From Selaginella moellendorffii (Eukaryota > Plantae > Lycopodiophyta), in contig NW_003314348.1 of assembly GCF_000143415.4 (NCBI RefSeq), forward strand, positions 764,700 to 828,699: 64,000 nt of DNA, read 5' to 3'. Of this stretch, positions 50,616-61,800 are shown in pieces. The stretch's first letter is position 1, and each line of letters opens with the position of its first letter. The translations under genes were made by a program, and so were the position numbers. The notes under the pieces are model-generated. The model saw only the letters and a program-made list of their open reading frames with translations. It did no database searches and had not been told where the DNA came from.

Positions 50616-52540
50616 TGCTCGAGCTTGAAACATCCACAGTTGCGTCCACGAGAGCGACGCACAGCAGCTCCAGCATCCGGTGGAATATTGCCACCGCCTC
50701 TGCCGCGCAGCCGTGCCTGCCCGAGGTGGCGGTACTCATCAGGTGGCACGGCGTCGCTGATGTGAAAGCGCTTGCAGCCACGGCGGCATGACCGCCAAGG
50801 CCGTGGAGTTCTTCGTCCCGATGATCCACGGCTACCAAGTTGGCGACCACTGCTCTTTCATGGCGAATCTCCTCGGACGGAAGGATTCATTTGCAAGATG
50901 CCGTTTCAAGCTGCAGCATCGGTGTGGATGACGCTGCTGGGAGCTTGTAGAACTCGAACAAAGGAGGCCAGTGACCAGGTATCCGATATCAACCCCGAGC
51001 ACGCACAGAGTTATATAGTGCTCTCCAATGTCTACGAAACAAGACCGTTCGCGAACGAGTTGCTTAGCTCAGTGAGAAACTATAAGAAGTACCTGTCATG
51101 AGTTTTGGTTACTGTGGAGCGTCATAGGCTCGTTTTGCATCTTCAAGATGCCCATTGCGGGCATATGCACTGAGCAGATTCATCCAGAGGAGTGTTTCAT
51201 CTTGAAACGGATCTGATTGTCTTGAGGTCCCGAATCTAAAAGCATCGGAGAAAAGGGCAGGAATTTAGAGAGGAGGAACGAAGGTTAGGTTATCGTTCCG
51301 AAATGAGGCTTTTAGGGCAACGACCAGTGGATAGTCATGAACGAGCAGCGGAGATTGCTGTACAATCGCTCAACATACTCAAAGGCATGTCGGTCAAGGC
51401 GCCAGATCCTGGGCGGCTGGATGAGTGCCTCACATGTTTGGCGTTTAGTTCATGGCAAGGGATGTCGAAGCAGGAAATCTTGGGCACGCTGCTGCGTTTA
51501 GGGGTAACAGTCGATTACTTAGCTTCGAAGCACAGGGTTCTTCTGAGCAGGCTGACTGAAAGGCCAGTGGAGAAGCCGCTCCCCTCAGTCGATGATCACA
51601 AGCCACGCCGCAGCTTGCAGCAAGCTAAGCAGGAGAAGCAGCAGCTGCTGAGTTTCTACAAGCTGCTGGATGCATGGAAGCCCAGCCGCTGGAGCAGGAG
51701 TAGTCACCGCCTGAAGAAAGCCTACTCAAGCCTGATGGATGAGGCTAAGCCTCAGGCTGAGGCAGCCAGTGCCGTGGCCTGCTGTTGGAGAGGAGCAGTG
51801 GCAATGACTTCTTCATCTTCAACAACCTGTTCATGAGCTGCTCGATGAGGGGATTCCAGATGCTGGCGATCCAACTGACAATGAATAGTCAGTACCTAGA
51901 TGCGCTCAAGAGAAAGGCGAGCAGTAGCAGCAGCAGCCTGGCCTTACTCCTCGGGTTCTTGTCGCGCTTCCTTGAGCTCATGTTGGGAGGAATCCTGCTA
52001 CAGATGAGGGACCTGCGCCTCGTGTTCATACGAGGAAGTGGAGGTTGCCGAGTCCAACATTTGCTGGAAGCACCTCATCGAGCTCTCCACCACACTTCTC
52101 AGCGAGGACGAGGAGAAGCTGTTGCAGCTCCTCTGCAAAACCTGCCACCCCACCAATCACCTCCTCCAGGGCATGCGGGTTGCTAGGAAGAACACCAACG
52201 CAGAAATTAGATCACACGGCCCGAATATTGTGAATGTTTTGTATTAAATTTAACAATGCATTGGATTGTATTGAATTGTGTTACCAGGAGTCTGGATGAT
52301 TTGTCTTTGGAGTAGTCACTTTAATAATAACCATCAATTGCATGGAAAATTCCTGACTCACATGGGTGTAATCTGCGCTCAATTGGGCAACATCCTCCAC
52401 AAACCTAATGACATTTTACCTGCAAAAATCCACCCAGCAGGTACTTTACATATGAATTAGGAAAGACTAACCTCACTAATGTGGCAAGGGAATAGAACAT
52501 TAGGTAGAATTTATTATAGGAGATGGCCATCTTGCAGATG
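50616..52540 (+). repeat. ~1.9 kb direct repeat, copy B, abutting the CalS fragment
   Basis: Matches 43535-45485; the ORF carries 10-nt and 20-nt deletions and stops at 51836. Confidence 0.93.
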
Positions 52541-55500
52541 TGAATGTTAATGGATTCTGTGGGTGGCATTATGTCACATGAAAATGGTTATGTCAAATGG
52601 TCAATGTCAATGAATGACAATAACATGGTGGAGTGATGGATTTTTGCTGTGCTGTTGGTTGTTTTTTTCTCCCACTAGTTTCCAAAAGGAAAATTATGGT
52701 GTGCAATTCGTAAAAGGGTAGAAATACAGTGGTTTATTTCACTCACAAAACATGTCTGGCTACTATTGGTCCATGAGTGTGGAAAAAACACAGGTATAGG
52801 ATATTTCATGAATATCCATTCCTTATGGGGCTTCATGTCCATAGTGATGACCCATGCTATGTGCAGAATGGAGCCATTCATGGCCCCATAGACCCATTCA
52901 TCCCATGCATTCAAGCAAATTGTTAATGTTGCAAACTAAATGTACAATTGACCAAATTGCATACCATACTAATTTATCTATGTTCTCACCTCTTGCTCTT
53001 GTTGTTCATGGTGAAAGAACTGAATTATCATTTCTGGCACACCTTCTTTTAACATAGTGTTCACAATAAGGATAGGTAAATTCTATTTAGCTCCATTGCA
53101 AAGATGTGGATATATACCATTTGGAGTCATGTCTCTAATGCATCCTATTGAGTTTATCTTTTGTTGCCATTGATTTGCAATCTATCTCTCTCAATGCTTT
53201 AATTTCGCATTATGATGCTTAGAAGATTTGCATATGACTCGAAAGTAAGTTGAACCTTATCCAACCAATTCCATGAATTGGTGGGGCTCATACTTGGAAT
53301 GTGTAGTACACAAGGGTGTGTAGTGTTAATGTTTGGACTTGGAGTTTTCTCAAGAGCAACATGCTAAAGGAGATTTGAGAATTTGGAAGTTACAATTGCA
53401 TATAGTAACATTCAAGTGAGAAGAGCAATAATAATAGACATTTTCAAAACTTAACTATTTCATATTTTGAAATTTGTAAAAAGGGTTTCAAGCACCGAAG
53501 AATTAAAGTTTTCAAGGATTGGAAAATTATATTTACTTTGGTAAGAGTAGATTTGTGACAATTTCCTATTTACTTTAACCCTGTTACAATGTTTGAGGTT
53601 TTTGGGTTTCCTCATGGCATGGCAAATTGAAGAGGAATCTATAACTTCTTTAAAGCACAACAATGGATCCAATAGGGCACAAAAGCAAAGATTCTATATG
53701 ATGTCTCCTCCTCTCAAGGCTTGGCAATCCTTCGATAAGGCAATCCAATACTACTTTTAATGTGTGGCAATGGCTGAGGGAAAAGGTCTTACTAAAGAAG
53801 GCAACAACAAAGGATATATTATTGCTTGAGATGCAAGCAATGATGCCTAAAGAGTGATTTTGGTTATACCATGAAATAGGTTGAGAGTTCCCCAAGTGAG
53901 GATGGGGATCATGTAGCACCCAAGCTTGATAATTTAACCCAAATCCTAAATTGGGAGCTGCTTTAGAAGCTATAGTGATTACATAAGTCAGAAGAGTACC
54001 AAGGGCCACAAGTGCCTGTAATATGCATTTGTGGAATATTTTGAATATTCTTATCTTTAGTTTTGCTAATGAACTAAGTTGAATTGGAAAGAGTCTCTTT
54101 CAAAGTGTTAAGGAACTATACAATTATCTATTTTTATCATGAAAGTGTTTGGATTATGATACTTCTACAACCTCAGCCCAATCTATACAAGCTCTCAAGA
54201 TTTTGAAGTGCCCAATGGATCTTGTGTTTGATCCACTCCATTAACAAGTACATTAAAGGGAAGAAAACTTCTTGTGTGCATATGGAGAACTAAGAAATCA
54301 AGCACACAATGTACCTTGTCTCTCAACTTAGATCTAAATAGGCTCTTCCAGTTGAAACTCTAGTGAATCAACTGCAAAGTGATGGAACTTGGATAACTCT
54401 TTCAAGCTCATATCTATAAAATGCTCAAATATACAAGAGTTTTAGTTATTTGTGCAAGTAAATAATTACCTTAGATGATGTCCACAATCCAGCTGCAAAA
54501 GTTCTCTCTAAAGTCCCAATCAAAGACCAAACAGTTGATGAATTTTTTGGGAGGAATGATTGTCCTTATGCGGAAGACCTTTAACAAAGCATATATCCTA
54601 ATGAGTGAAAGCCCACCTAGCAACACTAGACTTTTGTGAGGCCTCTAACAAGCTTCTATATGCATTGAAGCCATCTTGGAGTAAATCCCCCACTACATTT
54701 GCCTCCATGAATAGGTAATGCTAGATCACCATAGCCTACTCATAACCTTCACCAAGTTTGGTGAGTTTAGACTCAAGCACTACATTGTAGTTGGTAATTG
54801 CTGGGTTCTCTAGGATAGAATCCATAGACTTGCATCGATCACCCTCCTCATTTAAGTCTCATGCACTTTACAATTGGTTGAGTGCATTCCATATATGCAA
54901 CGCATATGTCTTGAGGTCCATCTTATATAGTCCTCCTTGGGCAAGTTGTCAGTCATTTTTGTGTGGAATTTCTCAGGTTGCAATTGCTAATGTTGCAATT
55001 GTACACCCGTAAGATATTTTTGCATTACATTTGAACACTTGGAATAGGAAGAAAGCTTATACATATAGAAATTAGAACCATATAAAACTTGTGCTTTAAA
55101 CTCAACTTACCATGTCTTGCTCTTCTTGTTGCAATGTCCTAGAATGCATTGGCATCCTGAGATGCTAATACATAGCTCCTTCTCTAAGCACAAACTACAC
55201 AAAGTTACTCTAGTGAGCTAAGTAAAAATTATACTTACCGATCTTAGAATCTAGTGAATAACCTCCCTAATGGCTTTTGCATGTGGCCTACCTACATCTA
55301 TTGTGACATCCTCCCAAACCAAAGCTCCTCCAATCTCGTATGCATAGACCACCTTGTAATTTGGTGTGCGGAGATTAGTATTAAAAGTGAATTGGAAACA
55401 ATTGAATTCATTGTTTAGTATAATCTGGAAGGACAAGTGAAGGAACACCAATTCATAGGTAATCCATTGCTTACCAAAATGCAAGATGGCATGTGAGCAA

Positions 55501-57609
55501 GTCTGTATGGCTGAAGCATGGCCCTTCTTGATGCAAAAACTGAAGAACTTACAATATAGTGTTTCAGCAGTGTGAAATAGTCCTCTTAAATGTTGTACAA
55601 CCATGCAATTTCTATATAAGTCCCTACACAAAACAATAAAATGGTACTAGGTGCTAAAAAATACATACATGTACCTCTTCTCAATAAACCATGCTATTGT
55701 GGAGTCAATAATTGAAGGAGGCATATTAGTGCCTCCTTTAGCAAGGAGTTGCTATATTGTGTTATCACAAAACACACCCTTATACTGTGCCTTTGAAAGG
55801 CCAAGATTAAGGAGAATACTCTCCTAATCCTACCAATGAAGCATAGCTTAGCTGAAAAGCATACGTTGGAGAAATATTTCATTGCCAGCCCAATGGAATT
55901 GAAGGTGTCTAGCAACAACATCTAGCATCTCTTCGTCACTTATGCTCTCCACAGCAAAGCAACCAAGAAACTTGTGTTTTAGCCACTATACCTGTGAAAA
56001 AACTTTAACATCCCCCTATGCCCTCAACTCAAGGGTCGTGATGGTGTCCTATAAGGTAGCCACCTTTTCATGCTGCCTGATGAAGTTAGCACTATCTTGA
56101 GTGGTTAGCTAAATAGCTTCATTAAATGCATTGGTGGCATCAATCCATTGTTGTTGACACTCCAACAATCTTTATGCAAATGTTAGTTCAATTTCAAATA
56201 GCATAATTTTCAATTATTTTACTGTACTATAAATAAATTGTCAAACAACTCCATAAGAGTAAGAGGAGTCGAGCTACTTCCCTCTAAAAAGGGGGTGGAG
56301 GCATACCATGGTCTTCAAGGCCTTTGTTGTCATTGTCATACACTAGCATTGGCTTATTTACTCTCAAAAATTAGAAAATGAAGGCAATATTCATTTGTGT
56401 TGATGCTTCTTACCAGCCACATGGCTTGGAACCAGTATTTTTGGTGATAAGAATGTCTCTAGAGATCCTTGGCATGGTTCATCCCCACCACCACCTTGTT
56501 CTTCGACTTTGGTGATGTTTATGTTGTCTTGTGTGGAGAGAGTTTCTTTCGGCAATGGAAGAATATCCATTTCATTTGCAGAGTATTTTTCTTCATTATT
56601 CTCGTCTTAGTTTGGTTCCTATACGGCTAGCTTTGGGAGAAATGGCTTTATCACCATGGATCATCATCTGCAGTTAAGGCATTTGTAGTACCTACAACTG
56701 CAAGGACCACAACATATATTTATGAGGAAGAGACATAAAGAAGATAATAGCTTATGTTCATGAACATCCTTCTCCTCGAGCACTCAGACTTGTTTTTGAT
56801 AACTTTAGCTAATATTTTTCAATAAAATGCACCATAACATTGTATAAGTAAATTATTATCACCCGATTGCCATTGGCCTTGTTTGCTATGGCTTCCTATG
56901 ATGTTTAAGGAGGCCAATAGTAAGGCTGGATAGAATTGAGGCCAAATTTTACAAACTCAACATGGACCTGACCATCATTAGACTACTTTGAATGCTAGAT
57001 AAATGCTCCTGGGTTGGTTATGGATGAAGGTTGAATTCTTGTGGCTTGGAGTTATAGTAGAATTGCATGTTGGGCCATGTTAGGCTGGAAAGGAATGTTA
57101 GAGTATAAACCACCCCCATATGAGACACTCTAGGAGGTTCATTCACCGATGGCTCTCTTTTCTGGCTATAGAACTATAGATGCTAGGTCTTTGGGATTGC
57201 AATCCACTTGGTGATAAGGGCTGTGGTGAATGGCTGGACAACATGCCACAAATGACTTTGGACCAATTGCCACAACATCCATGACGACAAGATAAGGATT
57301 GCCAATTATTATCGGCATAGATGTGCATTACAACCACAAGTGGTGAGAGAGTTTAGCACAGCAAATAAATATGAGTCAAAGGAATCCAAGAAAATAAAGG
57401 AAGAGTGCACGGGGCCATGTTATACTTGTGGCTAAGATGATAACCTGCCTTGAGGGTCAGCTTAAATATATCTGAATGCCAAAGCTCCACTAGATGACAA
57501 TATTGATCCTTGGGAGTAGTTGTGGAATGTTGATGGGGAACTATGAGCCCGCTAGTGTAGCAGTATTATCAACTCACCCTACATGGAAAAACACATGGAA
57601 AAAAGACAG
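52540..57609. mobile_element. Old degenerate retroelement debris (LINE-like; possible gag zinc-knuckle relic near 57410)
   Basis: AT-rich and lacking long ORFs; weak motifs LLDTFNSI and YAYEIGG (-), GPCYTCG* (+). Confidence 0.35.
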
Positions 57610-58768
57610 TGTAAGGAACCGACTCCCCGAGATGTCGTAGGCTAAAGGATCCCCAAAAGCTTGACCGAAATGACAAAGAGTTCATCGGATGGGACCAAGT
57701 CGAGGATCGAGTCCAAGACCGACTCTAGGACCGAGTTCGAGATAGAGGCCGAAATCGAGTCCGAGACTGACTCGGGGACCGAGTTCGAGTCCGAGTTCGA
57801 GACCGAGTTCGAGACGGAGTCCGAGATCCGAAATCGGGTCCGAGACCGAGTCCGAGGTCGAGTTCGAGGTCGGGTCCGAGATCGGGTCCGAGATCGAGTC
57901 CGAAATCGAGTCCGAGACCGAATCCGAAGTCGGATCCGAAATCGGGTCCGAGATCGAGCCAGAGACTAAGTCCAAATACTAATACGGGTCAAGGGGTGAA
58001 AGCCCAAAGCGTGCGTCTCCCAGGGGGGGGGGGGCTGCAGGGGGTTCCAAAAGTATAGTAGGGATAGTGAGGTCCAGGAACCAGTTTTGAGGGGACTCTC
58101 CAGTTGGGCTTCCAAACCGACTTGAGGTTGGGATTGGGACCGAGAGGCCTTGGGTGGGAGTGAGCATGGACTTGGCTGGTGCTGGAGGGGCCATCCAAGG
58201 AAGTGCTCAAGAGCAGCTCCCACTCCCGAAAGGGAAACCGACTGCGGTGCTTCCGGCTCAGGTGGAGTGGTGCCCCACTTGAGTACCTTGTGGCTCATTG
58301 GTCCTCGCCCTTCCGGGGGCTTGGGCCTTCCCTTCGGGATGGAAGAGAGGGGGTAGAGGTACCCATACCGGGCCGTTAGGCCACGGTGTTTCGCCCCGAC
58401 GTCCCGAAGCAAGTGCTGCACCCAAGACTTGGGATTTAGAGGGTCCCATGATCAAGTCTTGTGGTACCAAGGGGTGTTAGGAATCTGGAGGCTTGGTGTG
58501 CTTGGCTGCTTGTGCCTGCGGGGAGTGTAGCCGAACCTTAAGTCCAGTCTAACCCGGGGAGGGGGATTGGGAGAGATTTGGGAATCCGTAGATGGATGGC
58601 TAACACTCCGTTGCTCGTGCAGTGAGTAACTGAAACCAAGTAGGACCAAGTAGGAGCTGGTACCATAGACGAGAACCTTGGCGAGGGAACTTAGCACAAG
58701 CCAAGGCAGAGTTGGTCGGATAGACGAGGTAAGCTGGCAAATTGGAAAGGAAAAATTTGTGGCTTACA
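57610..58768 (+). repeat. 5' LTR (1159 bp)
   Basis: TGTAAG...CTTACA terminal inverted repeat ending 3 nt before the PBS. Confidence 0.85.
57700..57966 (+). repeat. 6/12-mer tandem array (CCGAGT/TCGAGA/TCCGAGATCGGG variants) inside the LTR
   Basis: Visible degenerate hexamer periodicity, CpG-rich. Confidence 0.9.
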
Positions 58769-58771
58769 ATT

Positions 58772-58784
58772 TGGTATCGGAGCC
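58772..58784 (+). promoter_or_regulatory. Primer-binding site complementary to tRNA-iMet
   Basis: TGGTATCGGAGCC versus the usual TGGTATCAGAGC(C); the change is compatible with G-U pairing. Confidence 0.9.
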
Positions 58785-58827
58785 TCTTCCTCAGTTCTAG
58801 CGAAGGATAGAGGCGGATTGTTGGGAG

Positions 58828-61800
58828 ATGGCAAGGGCAGGACGTAAGCGAACCCAGGCGGAGACGGAACCTCCTCCAGAGCTGGAGCCTCCGGTCGAAC
58901 AAGAGGCTATGGATGAGGAATCGTTGCATGAGGAGGACTCCAGTGAGGCAACTTCCAAACAGGAGTCCGGTGGTGAGGTTCGGTCGTCCAAGGCTCGATT
59001 GGACGTTCTAGAAGGGCAATTGGCACAGACCAATGCCCTGCTAGAGACTCTCATACGCAAGCTAAAGCGTGACGAGAAGCGAAAGAAAAAGCAAAAGACC
59101 GCGGATGCTGGCAGCGCAGAAGGTGCGGACCCTTCGGCAGGGACTGAGGCAAAACCAGACAAGGTCGAACAGACCGAAGTGGAATCAGTCCCGCAGGCAG
59201 TTCCCAAGTACAAACCGAAGCCCCCACCGGTCTTCAAGGGAGTGAACGACTATAAGGTGGTGGAGGATTGGTTTTACGATATGGAGGACTACTTCCGAGC
59301 GTTGCAATTACCGAGCTCGGAGAAGGTCCCATGTGCAAAACCATACTTGGCAGATAACGCCAAGTCTTGGTGGAGAACAACGGAGGCCAACGAAGGACCG
59401 GTGGCCACTTGGGAAATGATGAAGGCGAGGATCCGCGCAACTTACGTTCCTCCGAATGCTACTCTGCACCTAAGGGACGAGCTGAGTAGGCTGAAGCAAA
59501 CCGGAACCATTCAGGAGTATGTGAATGGGTTTATGGCAAAGAGGATACTTGTCACGGACATGGGGGATATGGATGCGTTCCATGCCTTCATATCAGGTTT
59601 GCAAACCTGGGCTCGCGGCGAAGTAATGCGGTGGAACCCGACCAACTACAAGGAAGCGTTGGATGCGGCCATCAAGGTGCATTTCAACGATAACCTGCGA
59701 AAAGGGAACACGACGGGGTCGGGATCCACGTTTAGCAAAGGGGCCAAACCAAGGGGAACGTTTAGTAGAGGGAAATTCAAGAAGAGTTTCTCTAAGAATG
59801 AGTCCTGGGGGTTCCGGAAAGGCAGATCCGGTGGCCAGCGAGCGAGTACGTGGGGGAGTCAGGCGAAAAGAGACAAACCCACGGATAAGAAGGTCAAGTC
59901 ATATAGCAGCGTGGGAAACAACGTATGCTACAACTGCGGTGAAGCGGGACACTTCTCGAGGGAATGTCCCTACCCGAAGAAGGCCAGAGCCAATATGGCC
60001 ATCAAGTCGGGTGAAGTCCAAACAGAGGTATGTGATCCAGTCCCTAACTCAAAGTTACTCATTACACGAGCAACTTTGGTAGAGAGTCGTTCGCGACATC
60101 TACTAGCCCTCCGAGGGAAGCTCGGAGGTAGCTTTGTTAAAATCCTTATTGACACGGGTGCTTCGGATAATTTTGTGGCTGCAGACATAGTCCGGCAAGC
60201 CGGACTAACGGTGCAGCGGCTAGGCGAACCAAGGACTATAGAGTTTGTTCAAGGTAGCCAAAGCACCGATGAGGTACTTCGACAAGCGAGAGTCGAAGTG
60301 GGGACTTGGAAGGTGGACATGGACTTCACCGTGTTGGACATGGCGGGATTTGACGTGATCTTCGGAATGGACTGGTTCAATCGATTCGTGGTAGCCCTGC
60401 ATGGGCAAGGTAGAAACCTTGTGGTACTGGCGAATGCCCAAGGAAGAAGATCTAGGGTGGAGGCCCAAGATCTAAAGGTAGGGCAAAGCAAGGCCAAAGA
60501 TTCCTGCTTAAACCTGGTGTCCACGAGAGGGCAACTCACTAAAGGAACTAAGGCGGCCTTTTTGTGCTTACTCTCGGTGAAGAGTGACAAAAAGACAGGA
60601 ATGGAAGAAGTACCTTTAGTGATCCAACTGGTGTTGGACCAATTCCAGGATACCATGCCGGAGGAGCTACCGGCGGGGCTACCCCCAGCACGACCGATAG
60701 AACATAAGATTGAGCTGGTCGAGGGTGCTGAGGCAGTGGTTCGTCCCCCTTATCGTTTGAACGAAAAAGAACTCAAGGAGCTCAAGTGCCAACTAGAGGA
60801 GTTGGTGGACAAAGGGTATGTTAGGTTGAGCAAGTCGCCGTATGGGGCGCCGGTGTTATTTGTGAAAAAGAAAGATAGATCTATGCGCATGTGCATAGAC
60901 TACCGCTTGCTCAACAAGTATACAAAGAAGAACAAGTACCCTTTGCCAAGGATTGAGGACCTGTTCGATAGGTTGGGAAAGGCAAAATACTTCTCGAGGA
61001 TTGACCTAAGGTCAGGATACTACCAGATCAGGGTAGCCGAGGAAGATGTCGAGAAGACAACCTGTCGAACGAGGTATGGGAGCTTTGAGTTTCTGGTGAT
61101 GCCCTTCGGGCTATGTAATGCGCCGGCAACGTTTTCGGCGCTAATGAACCACGTCTTTGTACCCTATCTGGATCACTTCGTGGTCGTCTATATCGACGAC
61201 ATCCTGATCTATAGCGAGACGCTAGAGGAGCATGCCGAACACTTGGCGAAGGTGTTTGAGAAACTAAGGGAACACAAGCTGTATGCTAAAGAGAGCAAAT
61301 GTGACTTTGCTCAACAAGAGGTAAAGTTTCTCGGGCATGTGGTGGGCCAGGACGGGCTCAAGGTGGACCCGGAGAAGGTCCAAGCGATCCAGGAATGGGA
61401 GCGACCATCCAATGTACACGAGTTGAGGGCATTCCTGGGGCTATGCAACTACTATCGAAAGTTTATCAGACACTATTCGAGAGTAGCCCTGCCCTTAACG
61501 GACCAAACAGGAAAAGGGAAGATGGTGTGGACAGCGGAATGCGAGGCGGCATTCGTCCACCTCAAAGGGAAGTTGAGGAAGGCTCCCGTATTGGCATTAC
61601 CAGACTTTGGTAAGGACTTTGAGGTAGAAACGGATGCTTCGGACTTTGCGTTGGGCGCAGTTTTGAAGCAAGACAACCATCCGGTAGCGTTCTTCTCGAA
61701 GAAGCTGGACAAGGCTCAACGGAAGTGGCCTGCCCACAAGAAGGAATTGTTTGCGGTGGTCAAGGCGCTCAAGGAGTGGCGACACTACCTTGGGAGACAC

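Noticed and set aside
57661-57975. ORFs with SETEFE / RDRVRDRV / SDPISD repeats
   Set aside because: Translation artefacts of the hexamer tandem array in the LTR.
60478-60530. AAG|GTAGGG as another intron donor in the PR-RT linker
   Set aside because: No pyrimidine tract or YAG acceptor at a suitable distance.
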